Assembly (NCBI GenBank): GCA_963778115.1
Contig: CAVZSV010000006.1
Location: forward strand, 32,001 to 96,000
Source of the DNA: an uncultured delta proteobacterium
GTDB lineage: Bacteria; Bdellovibrionota; FAC87; UBA2466
Direction: 5' to 3'
Length of the DNA stretch: 64,000 bases
The notes under the pieces were generated by a model. It was given only the letters and a program-made list of their open reading frames with translations, did not search any database and was not told the origin of the DNA. Positions within the stretch are counted from its first letter, which is position 1. Each line of letters begins with the position of its first letter. Of the stretch, positions 1-10,218 are shown piece by piece. The position numbers were made by a program, and so were the translations under genes.

Positions 1-861
1 GGTGGAGCAGTCTACGGAATAGAGTTTCACGCCACAGCGAAGCGCACATTGAATAGATACGGAAGTTCCCAAGACCGTAATTCCTGACTGGGCTTCATTT
101 TTGGGGAGCTCTTTTCGCAGTAGGAAATCCGAAGTCAAAATGCCAAAAAGCATAGCGGCCGCAACGACAGCCCAAATATAGTTATCTCTTAGAGCGGCTG
201 CTTTTCGATCCGATTTTAGAAAAAGGACTAGGCCAAGGCCCAACACACAGAAGGGGATAATCATCATTTGATATCGAGTGTGGTAAGCGAGAGTGCCCAC
301 CATTGCGCAAAGAAGAATCTTAATGAAGCGCCACTTCTTATGGCGCCCGATGCTTTGCAACAGAAAGCCGACAAGAAAAAGTAAGAGAAACGATACCATT
401 TCGGTCCAAAAGGCGTTGATGAGATATAAAATTCCAGGAGCGACAAGCAAAGCGGAAACAAGAAGATAACTCCCTACCCAGAAAAGCTTTATACGGGATC
501 GAAAAACGTCCTCTCTCTTGTCGAACCCAGTCCAAACTAACGGAGAGATCAAAACCACAGCCGAAAAACATTGAAGGAGATAAAAGAGGTAAAGAAACCA
601 AGAGTCGTTAAATAGATGCGCGATGGCTGCTAGCCCCTTCATCAACATTCCAAAAAAGAGCGGGTGTGAGTCGGCTACCTCAGGCCTTAAAGAGAGATGG
701 AGGTAATGGTAACTATCATAGGTGAGAAAGGGCGGAGCCATCCGCTTTAGTACGAAAAGAAACAGGACCAAGGTGGCTAAGAGTAGCCATACTAATCGGA
801 GTCCCAATTGCTGCAGTCCGCCATCACTCTCGCCGGGAGGCATCTCAAAGTAGTTTCTCAT
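1..861 (-). CDS. Polytopic membrane protein, GT-C-like (3'-truncated by the window edge; absent from the ORF track)
   Basis: Manual translation from ATG at 861 (MRNYFEMPPGESDGGLQQLGLRLVWLLLATLVLFLFVLKRMAPPFLTYDSYHYL...) stays open to base 1. It has several hydrophobic segments and a DS-x-x-Y motif after TM1, typical of GT-C first loops. Confidence 0.6.
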   Translation of the reverse strand, partial: MRNYFEMPPGESDGGLQQLGLRLVWLLLATLVLFLFVLKRMAPPFLTYDSYHYLHLSLRPEVADSHPLFFGMLMKGLAAIAHLFNDSWFLYLFYLLQCFSAVVLISPLVWTGFDKREDVFRSRIKLFWVGSYLLVSALLVAPGILYLINAFWTEMVSFLLLFLVGFLLQSIGRHKKWRFIKILLCAMVGTLAYHTRYQMMIIPFCVLGLGLVLFLKSDRKAAALRDNYIWAVVAAAMLFGILTSDFLLRKELPKNEAQSGITVLGTSVSIQCALRCGVKLYSVDCST

Positions 862-963
862 GGGCTGGAATTTTAATACCTTGGCAGCCTCGAAAAACCT
901 AGGAGGAAATTCTCCTGCAATAACCCCATTCTGGAGCCTAACGCAGAGCCGGTATCGATACTA

Positions 964-1800
964 ATGCTTGAAAATATTCACAAAAAATCTTATGCATTAG
1001 ACGTGTTTGCCCCAAATCTTCTTCGCAAGCGGATTCTTGAAATGGCCTTTGCCGGCCAAGCAGTTCACGTTCCCTGCGCTTTCTCTTTGGTGGAGGTGGT
1101 CTCGCTGCTTTACGGCAAGCACTTGCGGTTTAATCCCAAAGATCCCCACGATCCGCTTCGCGACTTTTTGGTGCTGTCCAAGGGTCATGGAGTCATGACA
1201 CTTTATGCGGCCCTTCACGAACTGGGATGGATAACGGATGAAGATCTGAAACACTATTTTCAAGACGGCTCTCGGCTAAAAGGATTAGGCGAGTCTGACA
1301 TTCCAGGCATTGAAGTGACGGCTGGCTCGTTAGGTCATGGATTTCCAGTCGCAACAGGGATCGCTTTGGGGCTGAAGCGAAAAAACAAGAGCAATCAGGT
1401 CTATTGCATTGCTGGCGACGGAGAGATGAACGAAGGCCCCATGTGGGAGAGCTGTCTTTTCGCCGCTCACCACAAACTGGACAATCTTTGTCTCATCATC
1501 GACGCAAATCGGTTCCAGGCGATGGGTACTACCGAATCCATCATGGGTCTGGAACCGTTGGTGGAAAAGTTTAAGAGTTTTGGTTTCGAATCGTGCGAAG
1601 TCGATGGTCACGACGTTATGAAAATGGATACCGAGATGAATCGTCTTAAGAAAGTAAGCGGAAAGCCAAAAGCTATCGTTGCACGAACGATAAAAGGCAA
1701 AGGGGTTTCCTTCATGGAAGGCGACAACCGCTGGCATTACACACGGCTGACTCAGGATCTATTGGACAAGTCGCTGCGGGAGCTTGAAGACCGTGCGTAA
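964..1800 (+). CDS. Transketolase, N-terminal (ThDP-binding) subunit
   Basis: LSKGHG, GSLGHG, GDGEMNEG ThDP motif, VDGHD, KGKGVSFME. Confidence 0.93.
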   Translation: MLENIHKKSYALDVFAPNLLRKRILEMAFAGQAVHVPCAFSLVEVVSLLYGKHLRFNPKDPHDPLRDFLVLSKGHGVMTLYAALHELGWITDEDLKHYFQDGSRLKGLGESDIPGIEVTAGSLGHGFPVATGIALGLKRKNKSNQVYCIAGDGEMNEGPMWESCLFAAHHKLDNLCLIIDANRFQAMGTTESIMGLEPLVEKFKSFGFESCEVDGHDVMKMDTEMNRLKKVSGKPKAIVARTIKGKGVSFMEGDNRWHYTRLTQDLLDKSLRELEDRA

Positions 1801-2701
1801 TTTGCTAAGCAGTCTTATTACTCAGGCCGCGATCTCTCAAGAAGAGTTTGTCGTGCTTTCCGGCGATCACGGGTATGCCCTTTTCGATGAATTGCGTTCC
1901 CAGCGTCCCGGCCAATTTATCAATGTGGGAGTAGCCGAGCAGAGCATGGTGGGAATTGCGGCGGGACTCGCTAAACAGAATTTTAAACCCTTGGTCTATG
2001 GGCTGTCCGCTTTTGTTCCCATCCGAGTCTTGGAACAGATCAAGCTCGATGTGTGTTACTCCCAACTTCCGGTCATCTTTATTGGCGATGGGGCGGGCCT
2101 GGTTTACTCAACGCTAGGAGTTTCTCACCAATGCGCCGAAGATATCGCCTGTCTAAGACCTCTGCCCCACATTAAGATATTTTCTCCGTGCGATGCGGAA
2201 GAGCTCAGGGTTTGCTTTGAAGAGGCAAGACGTTTTGAAGGGCCGAGTTATCTTAGAGTAGGCAAAAGCGACAGGCCTGTCGTGAATGCCAAAAACTCTC
2301 TTTCGAGTTCGGCACCGCACCTGACTTTCGAAGGCAAAGATAGAAAAATGCTGTTTTTGGGAACTGGCTCGATGGTGAGTCCCGGAACTCAGATTGCGAA
2401 GGAGTTGGGATTTTCCTTTATTTCAATTCCAAGGATAAAACCTTTTCCGAACGATCTGTTTGCGCTGATCGAGGGGACATCCAAACTAGCTGTCCTTGAA
2501 GAACACAGCCGCTACGGCGGATTGACCTCCGCGGTGCTCGATGCTTTGGCGCAAGCGGACCTTCCCATTCCTAAGGTGAGGGCCATCTGTCTCCAAGAAA
2601 AATTTTCTCACCTTTGTGGATCTTACCAGTACGCGCTTTCCGAACACCAACTCTCAGACCCTGAACTTTTTAATCGGATGCGTTGGGAAAGTGCTAACTG
2701 A
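1784..2701 (+). CDS. Transketolase, C-terminal (pyrimidine-binding) subunit
   Basis: NVGVAEQ, RVLEQIK, LGVSHQ, EEHS..GGL. Overlaps the upstream subunit. Start is TTG 1784 or GTG 1793. Confidence 0.92.
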   Translation: MKTVRNLLSSLITQAAISQEEFVVLSGDHGYALFDELRSQRPGQFINVGVAEQSMVGIAAGLAKQNFKPLVYGLSAFVPIRVLEQIKLDVCYSQLPVIFIGDGAGLVYSTLGVSHQCAEDIACLRPLPHIKIFSPCDAEELRVCFEEARRFEGPSYLRVGKSDRPVVNAKNSLSSSAPHLTFEGKDRKMLFLGTGSMVSPGTQIAKELGFSFISIPRIKPFPNDLFALIEGTSKLAVLEEHSRYGGLTSAVLDALAQADLPIPKVRAICLQEKFSHLCGSYQYALSEHQLSDPELFNRMRWESAN

Positions 2702-2702
2702 A

Positions 2703-3866
2703 ATGGCAACTTCCAGAAAAAATTTAATTTCCCTAGAAGACAGAGACTTAGATCATGCATTAGCGAAAGTAGGACCTCTTTGGGAAAAACTAAGGGGAAG
2801 CCGTCTGTTCATTACGGGGGGCACCGGATTTATAGGCAGGTGGTTGCTGGCAACCTTGGCTTACGCTAATCAGAAATTGAATTTGGAAGTTACAGCGACG
2901 GTCCTTTCCCGAGACCCCGAACTCTTTTTGAAGAAGGTTCCCGAGCTTAAGACGTTTGGCTGCTTTCAGTGGATTCAGGGAGATATTCGTACGTTTAACA
3001 TCGAAGGATCTCAGTTCGATTACGTGATCCATGGGGCCACCGACGCTGACCACGATCTCATACGACGAGATCCTGTCTTAGTCGCGCAAACGATCGTTTC
3101 GGGAACTCACCGGGCGCTTCAGGCCGCGGCAAAGGCGCAGGCTAAGAAAGTTCTCTTTCTGAGTTCTGGGGCCATCTACGGAGAACAGCCAATGGATATG
3201 GCCCATATTCGGGAAAATTTTATAGGAACCGCTCTGCCGATCGATAGTACCTCTACATACGGGGAATCCAAACGCTTGGCTGAACTGCTTTGTCTAATCT
3301 ATGAAAAACAGTTCGGCTTTTCGGTTTCGACCGCACGACTATTTTCGGTGGTAGGGCCTCACCTTCCTTTGGAAGGCGAATACGCGATAGGAAATTTTAT
3401 TAGAGATGCCGCGGAGAAATTGAATGCGATTTCCGTTAAAGGAGACGGTAGGGCTGTGCGATCGTATCTTTACGCCGCCGATGTCGCCGTTTGGCTTTGG
3501 ACACTTCTTTTGCATCCTCAAAGTCACGGACCTTATAATGTAGGCTCTCCCTACAGCATACGCATGTCGGATTTGGCCCGTGAAGTAAGTGAAGCGGCTC
3601 GACGATGCCTGGGGCTCGCGGAGGCTATGGCGATTCGAACGGAAAATAAGGCTACCTCCTCTTTGATTCCGGGGAAGCACTATGTTCCTTCGATTGAAAG
3701 AGCGGAAACGGAATTAGGTTTGCAAATGTGGGTGTCTTTACCTAATGCCTTGGATCGCACGCTTCAATGGGCTATCGCCGACAAAAAAGAGCGAATTAAC
3801 GATTCCGCAAATTTGTCGCAAGCTAAAGAAACCTCCCTTCTTGCGGAAAAGCAGCCTTCGGTTTAA
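2703..3866 (+). CDS. NAD-dependent epimerase/dehydratase (extended SDR, nucleotide-sugar modifying)
   Basis: ITGGTGFIG, SSGAIYG, YGESK (YxxxK), RSYLY. ATG at 2703 directly follows the previous stop. Confidence 0.9.
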   Translation: MATSRKNLISLEDRDLDHALAKVGPLWEKLRGSRLFITGGTGFIGRWLLATLAYANQKLNLEVTATVLSRDPELFLKKVPELKTFGCFQWIQGDIRTFNIEGSQFDYVIHGATDADHDLIRRDPVLVAQTIVSGTHRALQAAAKAQAKKVLFLSSGAIYGEQPMDMAHIRENFIGTALPIDSTSTYGESKRLAELLCLIYEKQFGFSVSTARLFSVVGPHLPLEGEYAIGNFIRDAAEKLNAISVKGDGRAVRSYLYAADVAVWLWTLLLHPQSHGPYNVGSPYSIRMSDLAREVSEAARRCLGLAEAMAIRTENKATSSLIPGKHYVPSIERAETELGLQMWVSLPNALDRTLQWAIADKKERINDSANLSQAKETSLLAEKQPSV

Positions 3867-3876
3867 GGGAATCACC

Positions 3877-4806
3877 ATGAGTTTTATTTCTATCGTCACC
3901 CCGACCTATAACGAGCAGGAGAATGTAGAAGAGCTATACGAAAGAATCAAGAAGGCGATGTCTGCCATTTCAGATGTTACTTATGAGCATATCTTTATCG
4001 ACAATGCTTCCAAGGACGGCACTGTTGCCATTCTAAGAAAACTTGCGGCCCGAGATCCTAACGTAAAAGTGATCGTGAATGTGCGTAACTTTGGTCACAT
4101 TCGTTCCCCTCATCACGCGCTGTTACAAGCCACGGGCGATGCGGTGGTTTTGATGGCGTCGGACCTCCAAGACCCTCCCGAACTTCTGGCTGAATTTATT
4201 CAAAAATGGCGTGAGGGTTACAAAGTCGTGATGGCCGTTCGGACCGAGAGTGTCGAATCTGTTTTGTTGAAATTTGTTAGGACCGCTTATTATGACTTTA
4301 TTGGGAACATCGCCGATGTGCCACTCACCAAGAATTACACGGGCTTTGGATTGTACGATAGAGCTGTGATGGACATCATCCGAAAGATAGACGATCCGTA
4401 CCCCTATTTTAGAGGACTCGTCGCCGAACTTGGGTTTGAACCCGCTAAAGTTATGTTTCACAAACCCGGAAGAAAACGGGGTTTCACCAAGAATAATTTC
4501 TTTACGCTCTACGACATCGCGATGCTGGGTATCACCAGCCACTCTAAAGTCCCCTTAAGACTGGCCACGATGAGCGGATTCGCTTTAGGAGTTTTGAGTT
4601 TAATCACGGCTTTTCTGTATGTCATCGCGAAACTTATTTTTTGGAATCAATTTACGATAGGGCTTGCTCCCATCATTATCGCCCTTTTCTTTTTCTCTTC
4701 GATGCAGCTTTTCTTTGTCGGTATCTTGGGCGAGTACTTGGGGTTTATCTACACGCAAATTCTCAAGCGTCCCCTTGTCGTGGAGCGAGAGCGGATCAAT
4801 TTTTAG
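3877..4806 (+). CDS. GT2 glycosyltransferase, GtrB/DPM1-like polyprenyl-phosphate glycosyltransferase
   Basis: PTYNEQEN, IDNASKDGT, RNFGH, DLQDPPE and two C-terminal TM helices. Confidence 0.92.
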   Translation: MSFISIVTPTYNEQENVEELYERIKKAMSAISDVTYEHIFIDNASKDGTVAILRKLAARDPNVKVIVNVRNFGHIRSPHHALLQATGDAVVLMASDLQDPPELLAEFIQKWREGYKVVMAVRTESVESVLLKFVRTAYYDFIGNIADVPLTKNYTGFGLYDRAVMDIIRKIDDPYPYFRGLVAELGFEPAKVMFHKPGRKRGFTKNNFFTLYDIAMLGITSHSKVPLRLATMSGFALGVLSLITAFLYVIAKLIFWNQFTIGLAPIIIALFFFSSMQLFFVGILGEYLGFIYTQILKRPLVVERERINF

Positions 4807-7585
4807 ACTTATAGAATCGAATTCCTAGTAACATTAAAATAAATAAACTAATCGAACTGAGAGTGGCGCCAAGGTTTAGCCAGGGCTGAGTGTAAGAAAA
4901 AAGAATTCGATGTTGGCCTTGGGTTAGTTCCACACCTGAAAACCCCGAGTTCACTTTCTCGACAATTGCCGTTTTTCCGTCGACTAAAGCATTCCATCCC
5001 GCTCCGTAGGGGATCGAAAAGACAAGCATTTTATTCCTGGCGGTGTTTATCGTTCCCTCAATCTCGGTTTCGGTCTTCCTTTCTACTCGGAAGGGCTCTT
5101 TTCTTAAGTGCTCGACAGAAGCTTTATAGCGATCGGCATTGGGGATAGTATTTCGGAAATTAAGGGTGAAATCGCGGACAATATAACGGCCGGGGAGATT
5201 GGCAAGATCGAAGCGAATTCTGTCGATCCTATCTAAAAATCCTAGGTCGATATGGTAACGGTGTGTTCCCTGGGATACCAGGAAGTACTGTGATCGAGGA
5301 ACGAGAAAGATTCCTTCTCCTTGCCGCCACCAAAGTGTCGCGGTGACATCTTTTGGGCTAGTTATCTGCATATCGACTTGAAACTCCCCTGAGAGGGGAT
5401 GTTCAAGGGGAAGCGTTAGATGAGGATCGGTGAGCTCTGTTTTTATCTCGAGCGAACGGGGGAAGTGATTGTCGATAAGGACGAGGTTTTCGAAGCGGAC
5501 TTTCAAAGTTTGACTTGGATCCAAAGGGCTAAAAGGGGAGCAAGAGGGCTCGGGTAGAAGAGAAGCATATCTTCTAAGTCGTGACCTCGCGGGACTGTCT
5601 GAACTTAACACGACTGCCTCAAGAGAGATCTCATCCTTTTCCAAGGGAGAAAGCGCTTTGAGGTCTTCTTCAAGAATATAGAAGTCAAACGCAATTCCGA
5701 TGGGAAGCGAATACTCATTTTTGTAAAGATTGAGCTTTCCAAAGGTGGCAACGGGGCGATACCCAAAGGGCACATCGGAGTCTCGGGTTGCAAGATGGTA
5801 TTTGACACCAAGAAGAGTGCTAAGTTGGTATCTGTCGAACGGAATCCTAGTGACATTTAAGTTGGGATAGCTCACCTCGCGGTCTTTCAAGAACTTAAGG
5901 TAACTTGAGTTGTTCAAAGAGATGTACGAGGTCGTGCCGTGAAAATATTGGCCGATGGGATCATTCCAGCTAGCACCGGAATAGGATTTGCCGATGCGGA
6001 AAAAATCGGAATCGTTGTTGTTTAAGAATGTTACCGCGGCAACGGTATGATCGAAGATTCCTTGGTGTTCGCGAACATAGCTCGCGTCGAGTAAGACTCG
6101 TTGATTAACGTCAGTATTCGAGTGAACTAAAATTTCCAAAGTTACCATCAGCAAGAGCGTTATTTGGGCCAGGAATTTTGTGGAAGGGCACTGGATACCG
6201 ACTAGGCAAAGCAAATAGATAACCAAAAAAAGGATGACGGAGAAGTTTTCCCGGAATCCAGACCAAACCTCAGTCAAAGGCCAACCATAGATCGGTGAGG
6301 CCAGTGCTAACAGCGCGGAAAATACGGCTACGAGAGTGATGGTCAGCGCCATTAAAAAAGTGCTGCTAAGCCTTTGTCCTTCGATCAGCAGGTTCAAAGC
6401 CTTCATGGCTCCCAGAAGAAGCATTGGGATCAGAAGAAATGTCCATCGGTAAGAGACATAACTAAAACCATTCAGAAGACCGGAAAGAAAAGGAACCGAC
6501 AAGAAAAGTAGTCCCACGGTGAGGCAAAGAAATAGGTAGCGCCGGCTATTACGGGTTAAGATCCATAAAGAGGGCAAAAGTAACAGAGTGAGTAGTCCTG
6601 TATAGACATTGGGGGCTTCGTAGTAATTTCGCCAGTCGTAGAAATGGCGAAGGGGGTGATCCATCGAGACGTGAGTAGAATAAAAGCGGGAAAGAAGAGT
6701 CAGGAAATAAGACGGGCTCGCTAAGCTAATGAGGCTAGGAATTTCCCAAGCGAGCCTCGAGCCTTTCATTACGGTGTAAACGGCTGGCATCAAGGTAAAA
6801 CAGGCAAGCCCAAGCCCCAGCAAAGAAAGGGCGGCCACCTTTGCATTTTCCTTGAGCCATGTCCGCCAGGAAAATCCCATCGCCGCAATTCGGAACTGAA
6901 CATAGATGGCCACAAAGATCGCTATCATGAAGAAAAAGTAGTAGCTCCATGCAGCGGTGGCGAAGACGGAAAAGACGAGCGGAAACCATTTTTTCTTTTG
7001 AAACCATCCCTCTAGCGCCCATAGGATGAAAACCGAACAGACACAAGCGGTGGAAAAGTTATAGTGCTGTCCCCACAAAATGAGATAGCCGTTGAAGGCA
7101 TACAAAACACCTCCAACCAGGGTGGCATAGGAAGCACATCCCATTCTCCTCAAGTAAGCTTGAAAGAAAAGGCCGCTCACCAGGGATTTCAGTAGCACTA
7201 CGTAACCAATAAGAAAGGGGAACGTCTCTTTTTTTACGAGAAAAAGAATCCAATTAAAAGGATCAAAAACCCACTGATTCATCGCGAAAACACTCTGTCC
7301 CGTTCCTATCGAAAAAGACCAAGCGGAAAAGATCCCTTCATGAAACCTTTCATTCCAAAAGGCCAGGTGGGGAAGGCTGTAATACAAAGAGTCGCCACCG
7401 ATATCACTGAAGACGTAGAGCTTCTTAAAAGTCAGAAATTTTCTAAAAACGATGAGACCGATAAGCATAATGAGCCCCGCTGTACTCAGGCTTGTACTGG
7501 TCGGACCTTCCAAAAGCGGGGTGCTGCCATTGTTGCGGCGTTTCATCTCAGTGCTTTGGTAACTTAATTTCAATAATGAAGTCAC
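4796..7585 (-). CDS. YfhO-family GT-C membrane protein
   Basis: Multi-TM N-terminal half (SDIGGD, SAWSFSIGTG, YTGLL, YRW), large soluble domain, and the C-terminal SIPYGAGWNALVDGK...G.H.I.FSY + TM pattern typical of YfhO. Confidence 0.85.
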   Translation of the reverse strand: MTSLLKLSYQSTEMKRRNNGSTPLLEGPTSTSLSTAGLIMLIGLIVFRKFLTFKKLYVFSDIGGDSLYYSLPHLAFWNERFHEGIFSAWSFSIGTGQSVFAMNQWVFDPFNWILFLVKKETFPFLIGYVVLLKSLVSGLFFQAYLRRMGCASYATLVGGVLYAFNGYLILWGQHYNFSTACVCSVFILWALEGWFQKKKWFPLVFSVFATAAWSYYFFFMIAIFVAIYVQFRIAAMGFSWRTWLKENAKVAALSLLGLGLACFTLMPAVYTVMKGSRLAWEIPSLISLASPSYFLTLLSRFYSTHVSMDHPLRHFYDWRNYYEAPNVYTGLLTLLLLPSLWILTRNSRRYLFLCLTVGLLFLSVPFLSGLLNGFSYVSYRWTFLLIPMLLLGAMKALNLLIEGQRLSSTFLMALTITLVAVFSALLALASPIYGWPLTEVWSGFRENFSVILFLVIYLLCLVGIQCPSTKFLAQITLLLMVTLEILVHSNTDVNQRVLLDASYVREHQGIFDHTVAAVTFLNNNDSDFFRIGKSYSGASWNDPIGQYFHGTTSYISLNNSSYLKFLKDREVSYPNLNVTRIPFDRYQLSTLLGVKYHLATRDSDVPFGYRPVATFGKLNLYKNEYSLPIGIAFDFYILEEDLKALSPLEKDEISLEAVVLSSDSPARSRLRRYASLLPEPSCSPFSPLDPSQTLKVRFENLVLIDNHFPRSLEIKTELTDPHLTLPLEHPLSGEFQVDMQITSPKDVTATLWWRQGEGIFLVPRSQYFLVSQGTHRYHIDLGFLDRIDRIRFDLANLPGRYIVRDFTLNFRNTIPNADRYKASVEHLRKEPFRVERKTETEIEGTINTARNKMLVFSIPYGAGWNALVDGKTAIVEKVNSGFSGVELTQGQHRILFSYTQPWLNLGATLSSISLFILMLLGIRFYKSKN

Positions 7586-7683
7586 GGGTCTTTTCCTTCG
7601 GATAATCTCATGACGCCTCGAGTTATCGACGGCCTCAGGCTAGAAGACCTTTACCCCGATAAAAGAGGTAGGTCCTTGAGGCT

Positions 7684-9933
7684 ATGTTTAAAGGAAAACA
7701 AACATTTAGGTACCTTCTTCCGCTCGCTATCGCGGTAGTCGCTTGTTACAGCAATATCTTTCATTGTCCGTTCGTTTTTGATGATCTCCCCTACATCCAA
7801 AGAAATTACTATTTACACAGCGCTTCTACCTTAGGAGATCTTTTCTATTTCGCTCCAACTAGGTTTCTGACTTATTTTAGTCTCTTTTTGAATTACCAAT
7901 TTTCAGGCAATAGCGTCTTTGGATACCACTTAGTTAATGTGGCAATCCACATAGCGAATTCGGTCGTTCTCTATTTTTTGACGTTTTCTCTTCTTTCTTT
8001 GCCTGGATTCTCGGGGGGAGAAAAAAAGAGACTCGCCTCGGCCTCAAGTCCCACAATCAAACAACAGCTGGCATTCTTAGTAGCTATCCTCTTTGCGGTT
8101 CATCCGGTTCAAACGGAAGCCGTTACTTATACATGGCAGAGGGGAGCTTCGCTCGCGGCTCTATTCTATTTTTCTTCTTTGCTTTGCTACGTAAGACAAC
8201 TTCTCACGAAGTCCCGTCGTCTGTTATGGGCCTCCTTTTGGTTTGCCGTGGCCGCGATGTTCACCAAGCAGTCTGCAGCCACACTTCCGATTTCCGTTCT
8301 TTTAGTGGATTACTTGGGGATGGGATGGGAAGCCTCTCAAAGAGCTCCCAGACGAAAAAGAGTCATCCCTCTTATTCTTACCTTGATGGTCATTCCGATA
8401 ACGATGTGGATGTTTGGCGACTACGATTGGAAAGAGACTCATTCCGTTATTCCCACCGCTATCTATATTCCCACCCGCATGGAGTACTTGCTCACCCAAA
8501 TAAACGTGGTGCGAGACTATTTTAGGTTACTTCTGTTTCCAGTCACTCAAAACGTAGACTACGATGTGCCCTTGGTGCATTCCTTCTGGCGCGCAGATGT
8601 GATACTTTCCTTGCTCCTGCATATCTCACTGTGGGTCTCGGCTGTCTTAGCCAGAAAAAAGATACCTCTTTATACTTTCGGAATCCTTTTTCTCTACGTT
8701 GCCCTAAGTGTCGAGTCCTCTGTCATTCCTCTTGCTGACGTAGAATTCGAACACCGTCTCTACTTGGCGTCGTTTGGGATTTTCGTGGCCATTGCGAGTC
8801 TCATCAAGTGGGGACTGGCCCGTTTTAGAATCCCAGCCGTTCGAGAGCCGGCTCTTTTCATGCTTTTGTTACTGTTTGTAATTCCCCTTGGATACCTCAC
8901 TTGGGAGCGTAATCAGATATGGCAGTCTACGGAGTCTTTCTGGAAAGACGCAGCCCTTAAGTCACCTAATAAGTCTCGCGCCCTCACCAGCTATGCCAGA
9001 GTGTTACAAACGCAGGGCGATACTGGAGAGGCGCTCCACCTTTTGGAGCGGGCGGTAAAAATAGATCCTAGAAATACGATGGCGGAATTAAGTTTGGCGC
9101 TGCAATACGCTCAGACCGGAAGGAAAGCAAAAGCGTTACTAGCAGCGGAACGAATGGCGAAGGTATCGCCCGATTTGCCCGAATATCTCTATGCGCTGGG
9201 CGGCGTCTATATGATGTCAGGCGAGGGAGAGAAAGCGATACAGCTTCTCAAGCAGGCGGTTTCCGCAAAGAGTTTAGCCACCAATAGTCCCGACTCTTCA
9301 TTCGTTAAACAGAACGCTTACGAAAATCTTTTGAAGCTGGCCATCGCCCGAGGTCTTTACGATGACGTAATCTTTGCGGCAAGAGGGATTCTCGAAATAG
9401 ATCCCTCCAGAACCGATACGCGATCGAGATTGGCCTATGCCCTCCAGAAAAAAGGAGACTTTCAAGGCGCTGAAAAAGAGTATATGGAAATTCTGCGTCT
9501 AGATTCCTATGATTTTGCTACGTATAACAATTTTGCCATACTGTTAGATAAAGAAAATAAGATCGATCGCGCTGTGGCGATGCTAGAAGAGGCTTCAAAA
9601 CTTCGTCCTAACGATATTGCTCCCCAAGTAAATCTAATTATGATGTACACCGAGCGAGGCCAAGCAGACAAAGCAGCTGAACTCTATCATCACCTTCCTG
9701 ACTTCGGAGCGGATGGATGGAAAACCTACGCGATGTTGGGGAGAACGTTTTTCGATAAAGGTCAGTGTAAATTGTCGATTGAACCGATGAACGAAGTTAT
9801 CCGCAGAACTCCTCCTACGGAAATTCACCTTCTGGTGGAGATGCATTCGAAGTTAGCCAAGTGCTATGAACAGTTGGGAGAAACAACCCTCGCCCGTGAG
9901 CATAGCGGTGAAGCACGTAAGTTAAGTAGGTAA
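7684..9933 (+). CDS. TMTC-like GT-C glycosyltransferase with C-terminal TPR repeats
   Basis: FVFDD after TM1, YHLVNVAIH, FAVHPVQTEAVTY, EHRLYL, RNQIW, then about 8 TPR-like helical repeats. Confidence 0.85.
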   Translation: MFKGKQTFRYLLPLAIAVVACYSNIFHCPFVFDDLPYIQRNYYLHSASTLGDLFYFAPTRFLTYFSLFLNYQFSGNSVFGYHLVNVAIHIANSVVLYFLTFSLLSLPGFSGGEKKRLASASSPTIKQQLAFLVAILFAVHPVQTEAVTYTWQRGASLAALFYFSSLLCYVRQLLTKSRRLLWASFWFAVAAMFTKQSAATLPISVLLVDYLGMGWEASQRAPRRKRVIPLILTLMVIPITMWMFGDYDWKETHSVIPTAIYIPTRMEYLLTQINVVRDYFRLLLFPVTQNVDYDVPLVHSFWRADVILSLLLHISLWVSAVLARKKIPLYTFGILFLYVALSVESSVIPLADVEFEHRLYLASFGIFVAIASLIKWGLARFRIPAVREPALFMLLLLFVIPLGYLTWERNQIWQSTESFWKDAALKSPNKSRALTSYARVLQTQGDTGEALHLLERAVKIDPRNTMAELSLALQYAQTGRKAKALLAAERMAKVSPDLPEYLYALGGVYMMSGEGEKAIQLLKQAVSAKSLATNSPDSSFVKQNAYENLLKLAIARGLYDDVIFAARGILEIDPSRTDTRSRLAYALQKKGDFQGAEKEYMEILRLDSYDFATYNNFAILLDKENKIDRAVAMLEEASKLRPNDIAPQVNLIMMYTERGQADKAAELYHHLPDFGADGWKTYAMLGRTFFDKGQCKLSIEPMNEVIRRTPPTEIHLLVEMHSKLAKCYEQLGETTLAREHSGEARKLSR

Positions 9934-10218
9934 ATTACGCTTCCCGAGGCTCTTCCAAGCGGCTGGAGAATTCGGATTTGCGCAGAAGGTACTCCCGCGC
10001 GGAACAAGGCAATTGTCGACTCCCTAGTGACTACTTTGTAGTCAGGACCCAGATTGTGAAGAATATGATGAAGCATGCCTGAGAAAGAAAGTGTCGACGA
10101 CTTGCGGTATAATTGGTCTTAGCTGAACGTAATTGTTGTTTTAGAACTCCTCGTTAAGAATCCATAACAAAAAACCAAGAAGGTTAGGCGATTTCGTTCA
10201 GCGGGAGTCTAGTCCGCT

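Noticed and set aside
264..601. Track ORFs 264-461 and 338-601
   Set aside because: They are alternate frames inside the longer minus-strand ORF at 1-861.
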